A stretch of 64,000 nucleotides of DNA from the human T2T-CHM13v2.0 reference genome, Homo sapiens (GCF_009914755.1 NC_060930.1); one strand, 5' to 3'. Positions 13,496 to 27,772 are shown, counted from the stretch's first letter. Numbers and translations: made by a program. Notes: generated from the letters alone by a model not told the origin.

Positions 13496-13772
13496 AAAAG
13501 TCCATTTACTATATAATCAACAAGTTTGTTTCATCCCAACAATAGATCAATAATGGGAAGTCAAATAATTTATTTCACCATATTAACAGATTAGAGGAAA
13601 ATAAATGATCATCTGTACAAATGTAGAAAAATCATTAAAAATCAAAAATATTTATAATTTAAGAAGAAAACCAAAAAATAGAACTATAAGGAACTTCCTT
13701 ATTCTGATAAATGACATCTATAAAAAACAGCACATCTACCATATTTCAAAATTAATAACCAAAATCATTTCC

Positions 13773-14071
<299 letters not shown>

Positions 14072-15409
14072 AAATCATTTCCTTTTAAATTAGAGCTCTT
14101 ACCATTACAAATTTCATTTAATATGTATTTAAAAAGCTAACTAGTGCAACTATTTTAAAAAGACATAAGGATTGGAAACAAAGAAAGATCTATAATTATT
14201 TGCAGATGACATTTTTACCTATATAGAAATCCTTCACAATATTTAAAAGATAATTATTAGATTAAATAATATAATGTGTAAAGTTTGCTGAATATAAGAT
14301 CAGATACAAAATGCAGTGGCATTTTATTAAAAAATAATCATAAGGTGAAATTTACTAGGAATATATCTACCCAAATATATATAAGGTTTTAGGAAGAAAA
14401 TCATAAAGTTTACTAAAATGAGAAAAGACCTAAGAAAGGAAAAATGGATCATTCATGATTAGTAAGAAAACATTCAATGACATTTTAACAAAAAAGCAAA
14501 TAGAATTTTTCATGTTACATGACAAGCTGTTTCTAAAATTTATGCCAACAAACGAAGGGCCAAGAATAACTAAGACCCTCAAAAGTAAAACCAGAAGAGG
14601 AGACATACTCCACAGTATGTAGAGATTTTCAAAATTTATTAAGAATCTTTAATAGCTAAGATGCATTGTCATTGGCACAGAAAAATACAATGAAACAAAA
14701 AAACAGAGGGGGGAAACTGGAGACAGATATGTGCACATATAAATTGTTAAATGATGCAGATGACATTGAAAGTCAGTGGGGAAAGGATGGCATACACAAA
14801 ATATGGTGTAAGTTGAAGATGTATATCCCTGATAACCTTTCCATTCCTAAATATTCTAGAAAAACTCTTACACATGTACATCAGGAAGTATGTGCAAGGA
14901 TATCCATAGAACCATTGTTCCTAATGAGAAATCAATCAATAAACAGATAAACAGAACCAAAATGCTATACTCTATAAACAGATTGTAGCATATTCTTACA
15001 ATGGAATAATATATACCAGTTAAATGAATAAATTATAGCTGTAAACACCAACAATGAAAAACTTCACAATATGTTTCATAGAAACAAGTTCAATATCAGG
15101 CAAAATAAAAAAATATTGTTTAATAATGCACATACATATGGAAAAACATTTAAGAAAAGTAAAACAATGTCCAACATAAAACTCAGAATAGCAGTTGCCT
15201 CTGTGGTGGAAAAATGATGATATAAACAAAAGGGACACACAGAGCCTTCAGATATTTTGGAAATATTCTATTCCTCAAGCTAGCTGGTGGGTACCTGAGT
15301 GTATACGTTAATTCATTTTTGTTATTTAAAATGTATATATAGTACAAATAAAATATAATTTTTACAGTATTTTATTTATTATTTTATAATAAAAAGGTAA
15401 CAAAAATAA

Positions 15410-15700
15410 ATGTGTCACTGGCTGAGACATGGAGAGTAGAGAGTACAAGTGCAAACAGAGCTGCCAGTCTAAAGGCCATACGGTTGTATAGGCAGAAGAT
15501 GGTGATGGCTGAAGAAGGCATGGTAGAGGGGACAGTGGTAGCAAGGATCAATATAGGGAAATATATGAGTGCTGTTTTAACAGGAGTTGCTGATGTAAAA
15601 CGGAATATTTTAAAAGAGCGTCAAGATGGCATCAAGGTTTTCGGTTTTAGTAACTGAATGCATGGTTGTTTTACTGAAAGGGGAAGCACCAGATAATGGT
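15410..15700 (-). mobile_element. L2 LINE continuation
   Basis: tcactggctg...ggcagaagatggtgatggc...gtcaagatggcatcaaggttttcgg, collinear with the 9340-9915 piece. Confidence 0.65.
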
Positions 15701-15789
15701 TTAAGTGTTTAAAACTGGAATGATGGATGGCAGTAGAAGAAAACTAAAATATAAGAAATGTACAGGAAAAATCGTTGTTCATGTGGTGG

Positions 15790-16290
15790 ACAAAAGAGTA
15801 ATGTAGAAAATACATAAAGACTTTTAAGAATCCTAAATAAAAAGAAAAAAGATGCAAAAAGAAAAAAATGGGAAAGAATATGAGCAGGCAAGCCACAGAA
15901 TAAAAAATATACATGACAAATATATGAACAGACGGTCACTGTTAACAGGGAAATGTGAATTAAAAGAAGAATGAAATACTATTTTTCAAAATTGGTTTTA
16001 GGGAAAAACTATGTGATAAAATCCAGTGTTATCAAAAGAAGGGGAATGTTCACTGCCCCATATATTTTATACTGTTGTAAACTGATATAAAACTTCTTGT
16101 AAGGTAATTTGTGATGGCTTTTGATTTAATATTTTCACTTTTAGAAATTTCTTTTACAAATTTACCCACTAATGTACAAAAAGTACTTTAAAGAAGAATT
16201 GCATTTTCATTGCATTTACATTGCAGAATTATTTTAATAGTGAAAACCAGAAAATAAGCAAACTTTCCAACGATAGGGCAATGATTATTT
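15790..16290 (+). mobile_element. L1ME-type ORF2 3' fragment
   Basis: aaaatgggaaagaatatgagcaggcaa...cagggaaatgtgaattaaaa. Confidence 0.6.
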
Positions 16291-16615
16291 ATATTATTAT
16301 TAGAGGGATCATCAGAAAAGTCTCCCTATATGGCCTGAAATTCCCTCCAACACCATATAATAATTTTTTCTTCTTATGGAAATAAAGAATTTTATATTAT
16401 TCTGTTGTCATAGGCAAAAGTTGGCAAAGTCATTGTTCCTTACATTCTGCAATATTCTTATACATTTGTACTGAGGAGGGAGAAATACCATGAGCAAATC
16501 CATCTGGTGTGTGTTCTTAGAGACTTTGCTGGCTCATCCTGTTGAATATATATTTCCCTAATCTATTTATACAATGTCAATACAGTTGCTTAAGTTCTAA
16601 TGAAATTCTTTGTTA

Positions 16616-16942
16616 TAGTAGTCCCTCTTATCCACAGGGGATATGTTCCAAGACCTGGGTGGATTCCTGAAACCACAGATAGTACTTAACTCTATATTTT
16701 TTCCTATACATGCATACCTATGATAAAGTTTAATTTATAAACAAGGCACAGTAAGAGATTAACAACAATAACTAATAATAAGGTAAAACAATTATAACAA
16801 TGTATGAAATAAAAGTTAAATGAATGTGGTCTCTCTTTCTCAAAATATCTTATTGTACAGTACTTATCTATTTTTGGATTGCAGTTGACCACGGGCAATT
16901 TAAACCACAGAAAGTGAAACTGCAAATAAGCGGAGACTCCTG
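16616..16942. mobile_element. MER44-like MITE (TcMar-Tigger7 derivative)
   Basis: Terminal inverted repeats tagtagtccctcttatccacag ... ctgcaaataagcggagactcctg, with TA on both sides. Confidence 0.85.
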
Positions 16943-17189
16943 TATCTGGCCCTGGAAAGTTTTCATGTTGCAGATACTCACTGCCTCTTCATATGCATTC
17001 TCTGGCTAGAGATGCTGCTCTCCCAGGGGCTGTCCATGGTCTACTTGGAGCCTATGATTTTTACTCTATACAGTATTTTAATATAGACTTCAGCTCTGTA
17101 CATTTTCCACTCTAGCCATTCATGCCAGTTTCTTATATAGTGAGATATATAATCACTTCTCTTTACTTGTCTATATATTAAACCTACAA

Positions 17190-17830
17190 AATCATCTTGG
17201 ATAATAAGCAGAATGGTGGACATGGGAGCTATTTTAGATAGGAACACCAAGCAAATCCCACCTCAGGTGACATCTGAGCAGAGACCTGAATAAAGTAAGA
17301 TATTGGGATACATGCAGCTGAAGTAAAAGAGCATTACAAAAAGGGGAAACAGCAAATGCAAAGAATCTGAGATGAGAACTTTTAACATGGTGAGTTTAGG
17401 AAACACCAAAAAGGCCACTGCAGCGAGAACAGAGTAAGGAGGTAGAGAGTGGTAGCAGGTAGAGTCAGAGACACACACGTGGGCAGATCATGTAGCACTT
17501 TGTAGGCCATGGTGAGGACCTTAGATTTTTTCTGATTATAACATAAAGCAATTGGAGGGTTTTGGTAAAGGAAATAAAAGTATTTGATTTACATGCTTAA
17601 AGGTTCATTCCAGCTCAGCTGTTAAATGGAGAGTTGATTTTAGGGAAGTAAGAGGACAAGCAGTTAGGTAACCATCACCCTAGCCCAGGATAGAGATGAT
17701 GATGGCTTAGACTAAACTGTTGAATAGCAGGGGTGAGAAGCTGTTGGATTTAGGATATACAATATTTTGAAGGTAGAGCCAATAGGTTTTGCTAACAGAT
17801 TGGTGTGGAGCCATGAAACCAAGGATGTAC
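17190..17830 (-). mobile_element. L2 LINE
   Basis: aggtgacatctgagcagagacctgaa...tgtaggccatggtgaggaccttagatttt...tattttgaaggtagagccaatagg. Confidence 0.85.
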
Positions 17831-18479
17831 CAAGCCCTACGTACAAAGGAGCTGAATCCCTGGGAGGATTGCACCTCTGGTGGGGACTGAGGTAAACTGA
17901 GATGCCAAGTATAATAGAATGATTTCTAAGGATCTTCTAAAAGCAGGTGGATAACCAATTCCAATTACAGCCTCTTCTTTGAGGGATTTATTTGCTTAAG
18001 CAATTATGTGAAAATAATTCAGAAAATGTTCAACAAGAGCAGAGACGAGCACGGAGACCTGGTTTTAGCCAGAGTGCACAAGGCTCCAGGACCTGTGATA
18101 ACTCCACTGTGGATTATTTTGAGGCCAAAGGGAGGGGAGTAGGAAAGAGGCTTAGAGAGTTCCTTGGGCCACCCTTATATCCAAATGTATTCAACCATTT
18201 CTTTCCCAACATAACATTGATTCAATTGTCTACCAACTTATAAAATTTTGTTTTTCAAATGAGTTTTGATATTCTAACAAAGAACATATTTCAGATGTCT
18301 CCATTAAAATAAAAATTATGTTGCCTTTTTCTTATCTGTAGCACATAGTAGGCCAACCTTTAGAGAAAATAATAGTAACCCTGCAATCTGACAAATAGGT
18401 GTTCCATCTGGTTTTCCTTACCCTAGTGAAAGTGTAAAGGGAAGCAGAATAAACTACTCTTTCTTTCCTGTGGAGTGAC

Positions 18480-19650
18480 ACCTACCTATCCTATGATGAA
18501 TGTGTGTTGTTTCACTAGCCAATACCCTATTATTTGCAGAAGATCCCTACCCATATTCAATATGATTTCTATGATTTCTATGGGACTGCCTGTAACATAC
18601 TTCTTTTCCTCAATGGTAGTGAATATGCCCCATGACATGTGTCTGGCCAACTACGGTGTACATAGTAATATAAAGGCCACATGGAGTAGCCTGGCTGCCC
18701 AAAATGATTGGTCTAAAAGGTGACATGTGTCTCAAGTTGCACTATTCAGAGTCCTCTATAAGGGTATATTTATCAATGTGGAAAGAAAAAAATAAGATTT
18801 TACTTTTCATTGAAAATTAAAAGCTGTAAATTTAATGTGAGCCAGAATCTCCTGGTGGTCATCATTTCTATGACATAGAAAGAGTCTGAAAATAAAAAAG
18901 ACACAGATAAATGTACAGCCATGAGATAAAGCAGAATATAGCTCTGACCACAGTTTTCAATCCATATGTGCCTCAAAAATTTCTCTTATGGGATGCCTCC
19001 ATTGTTGTATTAGGTATTTATTTCTTTATGACAAATTAGCCCAAACATTGCAGCTTGAAACAACAAACATGTATTAACTCTCATAGTTTTTGAGAGTCAG
19101 GAATACAAGAATAGATCTGATGGGCAGCTCTGACTTAATGTTTCTCATGAGACTGAAGAAAAGATGTCAGCTGGGGAGTCCATCATCTGAAGGCTTAACT
19201 GGGGATGAAGGATACTTTCCATGGTGGCTCACTCACATGGCTATTGGCCAGAGGCCTCAGTTTCCCAGTGACTTTTACCAAGAATGCGCAGTTCCTCATC
19301 ATGTGGATTTCTCTGTAGAGCTGCTTGAGTGTCCTCAAGACACAGCAGGGAGCTCACTCAGCCTAGACTGAACAATTCAAGAAAAAGCAAGGAGAAAGCT
19401 ACAATGTCCTTCATAACTTAGCCTCAGAAGTCACATACCATCACTTCTGCTGTAATCTATTGGTCACACAGATCAATCCTGACACAATTTGGGAGGGGAG
19501 TATGCAAAGCTTTAAATGCTAGGGCCAGGGGGGCATTGGGATAATCATTTGAAGTTGACTGCTGAAGTTGTATAAACATGTATACAATCCTTTTTATTTT
19601 ATCTCGTAAACTACTATGTTTTGCATTCTGTAACTGGCAGCCAAAATCAA
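18480..19650 (+). mobile_element. Old MLT1 (J/K/L-type) MaLR LTR, interrupted by a second MLT1
   Basis: gattggtctaaaaggtgacatgtgtctcaag; tail ttctgtaactggcagccaaaa near 19630. Confidence 0.5.
19005..19566 (-). mobile_element. MLT1 (F/G/H-type) MaLR solo LTR
   Basis: tgtattagg...gcttgaaacaacaaac...catctgaaggcttaactgggg...cttagcctcagaagtcaca. Confidence 0.8.
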
Positions 19651-19934
19651 GTTTAACCTAAAATAGCACCACCATCGAAGTCCTTTACATAAAAATAAAA
19701 GAAAACAAAAAACCTGCTCTATTCTTAAACATCTTTAAAATGGAGGCCATAGGAATTACCCTGTAATGAAATCCCAAATATATTAATAGTATTATTAAAT
19801 GTGGCATTTGACAAGTTAGAGACTTTCTAAGCTGCACCTCCATCTAAGAAACATGTGAGCCATACTTTCTACCACTGTGAGGAGCAAGTGAACACCAACA
19901 ATGTTATTATTTTTAAAATGAGTATAATACTTAA

Positions 19935-20125
19935 AAATTCATACATCTTTCATATAATTTTTTCTATTTCATTATTATAATAATACTGTGAAGTAGGTAG
20001 ATTAGGTACAGCTTTCAGCATTTTTCAGATAAGGAAATAAAAGAAAGAGCTTATTATTAATCCAAGGTCAACATAACCTAGTTGGTAGAGTGGCATAGCT
20101 GTAGGGCCAGGGCATTTCCATAACC
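19935..20125 (-). mobile_element. MIR SINE
   Basis: tactgtgaagtaggtag...cattttcagataaggaaa...ccaaggtcaac. Confidence 0.6.
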
Positions 20126-21679
20126 ACATGTCTTATCAATCTGGTTTGCACAATACTGTCCCTCTGCACATTGCTCAGGCCTATTGTCCCATCAAAGGCA
20201 TTTTCGCCAATGATAAATGCCTCCTTCCTATTTCAGCCTTAGTTCTCTCCTGAGAATGTGAATGAGCCCCATTGCCTACTTGTGTATAAATTTAGCAAAC
20301 TCACATGGATTGTACTTCAGTTTGAATATTTATTAATTGTAAGTTCTTCATTTATGAGAAGGTAATACATTAACTATATTTTCAAGTCTATACTTTCCAA
20401 TACCACATTCTAAATTTCAAAGAGAGGGAAATTTGCCAGTATGTCAGAAAGAAGGCTAGAAGTATTTTTTTATTATCATAAGGTATTACATTTTAACAGA
20501 TGTAATGCCATAAAAGGAAGATAACAGAAGTGGATGGAGAAAACAGACTAGTGTTTCTCCTGAAAATCATCAAAATGTTCCCTTGTTCGTTTTCTTACAG
20601 TGAAATGTGAATGACTGCAGAAGTAAAGCCTATATGGTATAGATTCATGGAGTGTGGTTTGATAGCCTTTGATTCCCTAACATAAGCTTTAACTTTTGCT
20701 TTTAAAGTATAAGTAGTATAAAAGTGTTAATTAAAATTACTCAACGTGCAATGTAAGAAATTTTCATTTTAAGCTTTGTTGTATTTATTTCTGAAATACA
20801 CAATGCACTAAATCAATCAATGAGGAAAAACAACAAATTCCCAATAAGGCCTTAAGATATGAGCCATGCTAACTCTCTGTGAAGTTAATTAATTTTTGGC
20901 TACAATCTCAGCCCCTCTACAGCCACTCTTCTAATCTCCCATATAAATTTACTTCGCTTTCTTCCCGAGACAGCACTGCATTTCCCTGAACCATAATAAG
21001 CTCTTACACATTTTATAAAGTATTATCCTAGGGGAATTAGCTCCCTTTTCAGAAAATCATTGAAAATAGTGAAGGAAAAGGCTGTTGATTGTCCTTCTCT
21101 TTTGGTGGCAATAGCAATTTTTTCTCCGTTAAATAGGAGTGATACAAAGAACAAAATTCAGATACTCCCAGCCAGGCATATCGACCGGCAGGAAATTATA
21201 TAGTAAATTGTATGGTAATCTCTAAGCTTTGTGTGTTTATATATGAAAAGGACATCAGCCTAAGTGAGTTGTAATGGTTTATCACCAAGGCATTTTATTT
21301 ATTTTAAAACATGATGTGATGAAACTAAAAAAGCAGAACATTTGGATAAGTATGAAATTTTACTCTCTTAAAAGTTATTATCAACTGACTGTCCAAACTC
21401 ATTCCTGACTAGTAATCTTTCCTTTAAACTCAATCTTCTTTTACATCATTGCTCACAGTAACATACAGAGAGGTGAGATAAAGTGTTTGTCTGGAATGAA
21501 AAAGGCTCAGGACAGAAGGGAATCAGGGAAGGTGTGATGTTAGAGAGGGCAGTTAAATTGAATTTTTTTTAAATGTTCAAAAGTCAATCGCTTTGTGTTT
21601 GGAGATATGAAATAAATGAAAATGAAAATATTTCCTATATAGAAAACTGGACATCAAAATTACCTCATCAAAATCCCAT

Positions 21680-22140
21680 GCATCTATCAACAGTTGAATT
21701 TGTAAATAAATGGTTGCAAATGGTTGTAAATAAAATCTGATACCGCAGAGAAAATAGATGAATTACAGCTAGATACAACAACATGAATGGATCTTAAGAA
21801 AATAATTTTGAGTGGCAAAAAATTGTAGAAGAATACTTACAATATAATTCAAATTCAATCACATACATTTCAATAATTTGTTAATCTAATGATATATTAT
21901 TCGGAATACAAACATAAAATTAAGCTGTATAGAAAAGCAAAAGAATAATAAATCCAGAACTCATTATGATGGTTACAGCTGAGGGTGAATGAAGTAGGAC
22001 AGGGACTCAGAGAGGAGCACAGGTGATTGCATGAGGGTAAATTTTTTTCTAAGTTGTGTGGTCTATTTATGTTACTGTACATTATTTTTTAAATTTTGCA
22101 TGCATTTTGTAAATATCCTCTGGATTTCATCTATATTTTT
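21680..22140 (+). mobile_element. L1ME-type 3' UTR fragment
   Basis: atgaattacagctagatacaacaacatgaatggatctt...ttttgagtg. Confidence 0.65.
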
Positions 22141-22143
22141 TTA

Positions 22144-22440
<297 letters not shown>

Positions 22441-23265
22441 TCAAAAGTGCCATGTAACTTGATACTCTTTAATACTTGAATAAACATGTTCCAAAGAATG
22501 CATAAGTTCTGAAACTAAAACCAAGACTGATAAGACAGGCTTTGAACCTCACACTTTTGGATCTGGACATCAAGTGGGGAAATCTAAGACATACTTCTGA
22601 TTTTTCTGAAATAGTGCCCAGCACAAGAAGAGAACCCAGAAATGGGATTTCTGCTGAATCCTGAGAAATCCAGAAGTCAGGAATTCCCAGGGAGAAAGCA
22701 AAATCTTAGTTTAGGCAGTTATTTTTAATAGTTTGTATCTAATAGAGACTTAATTTTTTTAATAAACGTTTTCTAGAAATCCTTATTTTCTAGCACGATA
22801 GAAGTGGATAATCTCTTACCTTAATCTATATAAAGTCAGGTGTGTACTAGAAAATCTGTAGTCTCATGCACTAATGACAGATTTAACAGAAACAAGTATT
22901 ATATGACGACTACAACAACTGAGGACATAGCACTGACAAATGATAATGCATATGCTCCTATTTTAAAAATCAATCTCTAGATAAAGTTCTTTTTTTTGTT
23001 TTAGCTGAACATTCTAATTTGCTTCTGATGGAAGGTGATTTAAATGATGTCTAAATTCCAGGTTACTTCTTGTGAGACTAGTATCAAATTACCCTCCCCA
23101 GTATTCAACAATATTTCAGACAAATTTAATGTTTCAGCTATCGGGAGAGAAAAACTCCTCAGTAACGTAATTCACACTGAATGTTTTTATTGTATACTGT
23201 TTATCCTAGATTAGAATTTTCATGAATTCCCAGAGCAATTTCAAAAGAATTAAAAAGGGAAGATA

Positions 23266-23724
23266 GCACATATACACCATGGAATACTATGCAGCCATAA
23301 AAGAGGATGAGTTCATGCCCTTTGTAGGGACATGGATGAAGCTGGAAACCATCATTCTCAGCAAACTATCACAAGGACAAAAAACCAAACACCGCATGTT
23401 CTCACTCATAGGTGGAAATTGAACAATGAGAACTCTTGGACACAAGAAGGGGAACATCACACACTGGGCCTGTCATGGGGTGGGGGAACATCACACACTG
23501 GGCCTGTCATGGGGTGGGGGGAGGGGGAAGGGATAGCATTGGGAGATATACCTAATGTAAATGATGAGTTAATGGGTGCAGCACACCAACATGGCACATG
23601 TATACACATGTAACAAACCTGCACGTTGTGCACATGTACCCTAGAACTTAAAGTATAATTAAAAAAAATGACTCTCAGGTAATTGCTATATGCAAACTTT
23701 CTGAAATAAATGGAAATCATACAA
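23266..23724 (+). mobile_element. 5'-truncated L1PA (PA4/PA5-like) 3' end plus a 54-bp 3' transduction
   Basis: L1 ORF2 end and 3' UTR at 23266-23668; exact 14-bp TSD AAAAAGGGAAGATA at 23252-23265 and 23725-23738. Confidence 0.93.
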
Positions 23725-23878
23725 AAAAAGGGAAGATAAAATCTAGTTATATATTGGCTAATTTACTGTAATAGTTGTAGTTGATTAGAGGCAATAGAAA
23801 TGAGGAAATAGTATCAATTTCTGAGTGATTGAGGAGATATTTTTGGAGATATAGAAGAGGTTTTAAAAATGCTCATGG

Positions 23879-24148
23879 AGGCCTGGCATCGTAGGTTATG
23901 CCTGTAATCTCAGCTCTTTGGAAGAATCGCTTGAGGCCAGGAGTTCAAGACCAGCCTGGGCAACATAGCAATATCCTGTCCTACAAAATAAAATTAAAAT
24001 AATTAGCCAGGTATGGTGATGTGCACCTGTAGTCCTAGATACTCAGGAGGATCATTTGAGCCCAAGAGTTGGAAACTGCAAGGAGTTATGATCACGCCAC
24101 TGCACTCCAGCCTGGGCCACAGAACAAGACCCTGTCTCATAAAAAAAA
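23879..24148 (+). mobile_element. AluJ-type SINE inserted in the HSMAR2 left TIR
   Basis: Dimeric Alu with short deletions; tcatgga is repeated on both flanks. Confidence 0.9.
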
Positions 24149-25201
24149 TCATGGAAAGTGTATATTATTAAATAATCCATGAATTTTAAAAATGTTTTCT
24201 GCCAAAATAAAAGCTTCCTAACTTCTTATAACATGTCTGGACAGGATCTAGTTTGAGGCACTACGAAGGATAAGACATCAGTTTGAAAAGAGTCCCTATC
24301 AGAGCAACATAAATTCTGCTAACATTGAAGCAAAACATCAAATTTATGGTGAAGCTTAGGTGAGGAATAGTGAGATCACTGATGCTTTATGAAAAGTTTA
24401 TGGGAAAAATGCCCCATAAGAAATCAGCAGTTTACAAAGAGATAACTCACTTTAAGAAGGGACAAGAGTATATTGAAGATGAAGCCTGCAGTGGCAGGTT
24501 ATCCACATCAATTTGTGAGGAAAAAATTAATCTTGCCCATGCCCTAATTTAGGAGGACCAATGATTAACTGCAGAAACAATAGCCAACACTATAGACATC
24601 TCAGTTGGTTCAACTTACACAATTCTGACTGAAAAGTTAAGGTTGAGCAAACTTTCCACTTGATGGGTGCCAAAACTATTGTGCCTAGATCAGATGCAGA
24701 AAAGAGCAGAGCTTTCAGTGGAAATTTTATACAATTGGGATCAAGATCTTGAAGCATTTCTTCAAGTAATTGTAACAAGAGATAAAACATGGCTTTACTA
24801 GTATGATCCTGAAAACAAAACACAATCAAAGCAATGTCTATCAAGAGACGAAAGTGGTCCAGTCAAAGAAAAAGCAGACCAGTCAAGAGCAAAGAATATG
24901 GCAACAGTTTTTTGGGGTGCTCAAGGTAAGGTATTTTGCTTGTTGTCTTTCTGGGGAGCCAAAGAACAGTGACATCTTCTTATTATGAGAGAATTTTGTT
25001 TGTCTGTTTGTTTCTAAGAAAGCCAAAGCTGTAGCATAAAAATACCCCAGAAAGCTTTAACAGGGAGTCTTTCTCCACCATGATGCTCCTGGTCATTTCT
25101 TTCATTAAACAAGGGTAATTCTGTTAGTTTCAATGGAAACTTATTAGGCATCCACTTTTGGTCCTGAATTGGCTCCTTCTGACTCCTTTTTGTTTCCTAA
25201 T

Positions 25202-25573
25202 TGTATTAGTCCATTTTCACAATGCTATGAAGAAATACCTGAGATTGGGTAATTTATAAAGAAAATCGGTTTAATTGACTCACAGTTCTTCATGGCTGGG
25301 AAGGCCTCAGGAAACAATCGTGGCGGAAGATGAAGGGGAAGAAAGGCAGCTTCTTCACAGGGCAGCAGGAAGGTGAAGTGCCAGCAGGGGAAATGCCAAA
25401 CACTTATAAAAGCATCAGATCTCGTGAGTACTCACTCACTATCATGAGAGCAGCATGGGGGAAACCACCCCCATGCTTCAATCACTTTTCACTGGGTTTC
25501 TCCCAAGCCATGTGGGGATTATGGGAACTACAATTCAAGATGAGATTTGGGCGGGACACAGCAAAGCCTATCA
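25202..25573 (-). mobile_element. THE1 (C/D-type) MaLR solo LTR inside HSMAR2
   Basis: TGTATTAG...CCTATCA termini; TSD CTAAT (25197-25201)/CTATT (25574-25578). Confidence 0.9.
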
Positions 25574-25826
25574 CTATTCTTAAAAAAAACAAAAATCTGT
25601 AAAGGGCACCTATTTTTCTTCAGTTAATAATGTTAAAAATTAAAAACACTGCATCAACACGGTGAAATTCACAAGACCTTCAGTTCTTTAGGAATAGACT
25701 AAATAACTGGTGTCACTGCTTACAAAAGTGTCTTAAACTTGATGGAACTTATGTTGAGAAATAAAGCTTATATTTTTTACTTATATCTTTTAATTCCATT
25801 TCTCTATGAATTATCTGGAGTTCCTA

Positions 25827-25880
25827 TGTGTGTGTGTGTGTGTGTGTGTGTGTATCTATGTATATATACACATATATGTG
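25827..25880. repeat. (TG)n/(TA)n microsatellite
   Basis: TG run directly after the HSMAR2 right end. Confidence 0.9.
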
Positions 25881-27772
25881 CATATAAAAACCAAAGAAAG
25901 AGAAAATCACAGAATCTTAAGGAAAGGTAGTGAGTTGAGTTTAAAAGTTCAAAATACTACTTCACTATTATAAGGCATACAATATTCTGATTACAATGCA
26001 TGAGTGCAAAGGTGATTAGAATTGAAGAGCCTATATTATCTATCATATTGGTGCATACATATATACACACACATATATATGTAACACTCTCACATACTGC
26101 AATAATTAATGAAAAGTCTCTGCCTGCACAAAGCCAACACAATATCAATCACTGTTGACTTTTTTAACTTATTCACATGTCCACATGGACACCAGTCATT
26201 GTTGCTGGTCTGTAGGGTGCCACCCTCATTCTTCATGGCATTCGAGGATCCTTTTAATTCATGGACCAAATCCTATGTATCAAATACAAAAACTGTATCA
26301 TTATGAGGTGTATACTTCCCATAAGAAGAGTAACCAATTGGAAGAAGCAACAAAAAGATGTCCCATTTCTACCAAAATGTCCTGTTACATACTTTATTTT
26401 AAAGGAGACCCTCAGAAGTCTGGGAGCAGAGACTCCTGATCTAAAATCCTAAAATGTTCCCTAGGAGCAACCCAAATCCTAGGTGAATGGTATGGTCAAC
26501 CCAGATATTTGAAACTGGTCAAAGTTTAAGATTCTGAACCTGAATTAAATATATAGCAGGATCCTAATCCTACCAGTGTCCATAGCTCCTAGATTTTTGG
26601 TTGTTCTTTAAACACTGGAATCCTCAAAGATAATGAAAAAGCTCTAGAATAAGACAGGCCAATGAGGTCTGGATTGAGACCAGTTTGGAGGCCATCCAGG
26701 TATATCTGTTTTCAGAGCTGATCCATTAAAGAGTTGATCCTAAAAATACGAGAATTGTTACAACTAAGAATACAAGTGAGGCCCAGCCAGGTTTTATTGC
26801 AAACATAGTATCAGTCCTTTCTTTGTATTGCTTTCATCATCTGCATAAAAGATCTGGAAACACCTTTCTCTCAACAAAACACATGTAGTATATTTTTTAA
26901 AATCTTTGCAAACAATGTGTGGTTTCTTGCTCAACAAAACATTAATTATGCCCGCATTTTGAGCAACCCCTTTTTGTTAACATGACTTTCGACATAAGAT
27001 GATGTGTCTGTATATTCATTTTACTAAATGCCAAGGCAGAGATTTCCAGAATTTCATGTAATTTTAGACAAAAAAATACAACAATTATTCATTAAAAAAC
27101 ATGAAACACAGAGCAGAAATGAAAAAATGAATTCATTTGTTTAATTCCTGCCCTACTCAGTCAGCAAGTGTGGTCCTATAGTCTGTCTGAAAGACTATTT
27201 TAAGCAGAGAAACATGAGAGCTAAAATACCTATAAAAATCTGTTTAGACAGAATAGAAGTCACTCTAAAAACTTTCTTCCAACAATATAGCCTCTCTAAT
27301 GCCACTGCTATACTATAAGTTTAACAATTGTGCCAAATGACAGTTGAATGTTTAAGGTATAATGATGTTGTCCTCAAAAGCATTGTACTTGACTATCCTC
27401 ATATTTTATTTCTCATAAAATTAAAATGCTTTTTTCAGCTACAGCTAGCAGGAGGTAATCAAAATGTACATAAAGACAAAGTAGAAAGTTCTTGGTAAGC
27501 ACAGGTGTTCAAGTAGTGTGTGTGATGTGCGTGTACTTGTAAGAAAGAATGAGTGCATGCATCACTGAACTGGGGTTGTGAATGTGTGGGTACTACTAGG
27601 ATATATAGGCACACCTCTGGCAGCTGCCTACTCTCAGCACCTCTTCTGGGTACAATTAGAACAAAATCAGAAAATGATGGGCTCAATCATCTGTCTCTAC
27701 CCATAGCCCCCATGCTCAAATGTATCTTTATAAAAAGAAAAAGTAAGATAGCTTTGATGTAGATCAAATACC

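Larger units (their letters stand above)
23853..25826 (+). mobile_element. HSMAR2 mariner transposon, near complete, with decayed transposase
   Basis: Both degenerate TIRs. ORF 24370-24552 includes SAVYKEITHFKKG..EDEACSGRLSTSICEEKINL; WVP motif near 24664; IVT.DKTW near 24770; and a [YS]PDLAPSD-like motif near 25160. Confidence 0.9.

Noticed and set aside
20581-20642. Plus-strand acceptor ttttcttacag followed by a weak donor (36-nt exon candidate)
   Set aside because: Stop codons in all three frames, a weak donor, and no other support.
24370-25200. Mariner transposase as a domesticated, SETMAR-like gene
   Set aside because: It has multiple stops and frameshifts, degraded catalytic motifs and an LTR insertion.
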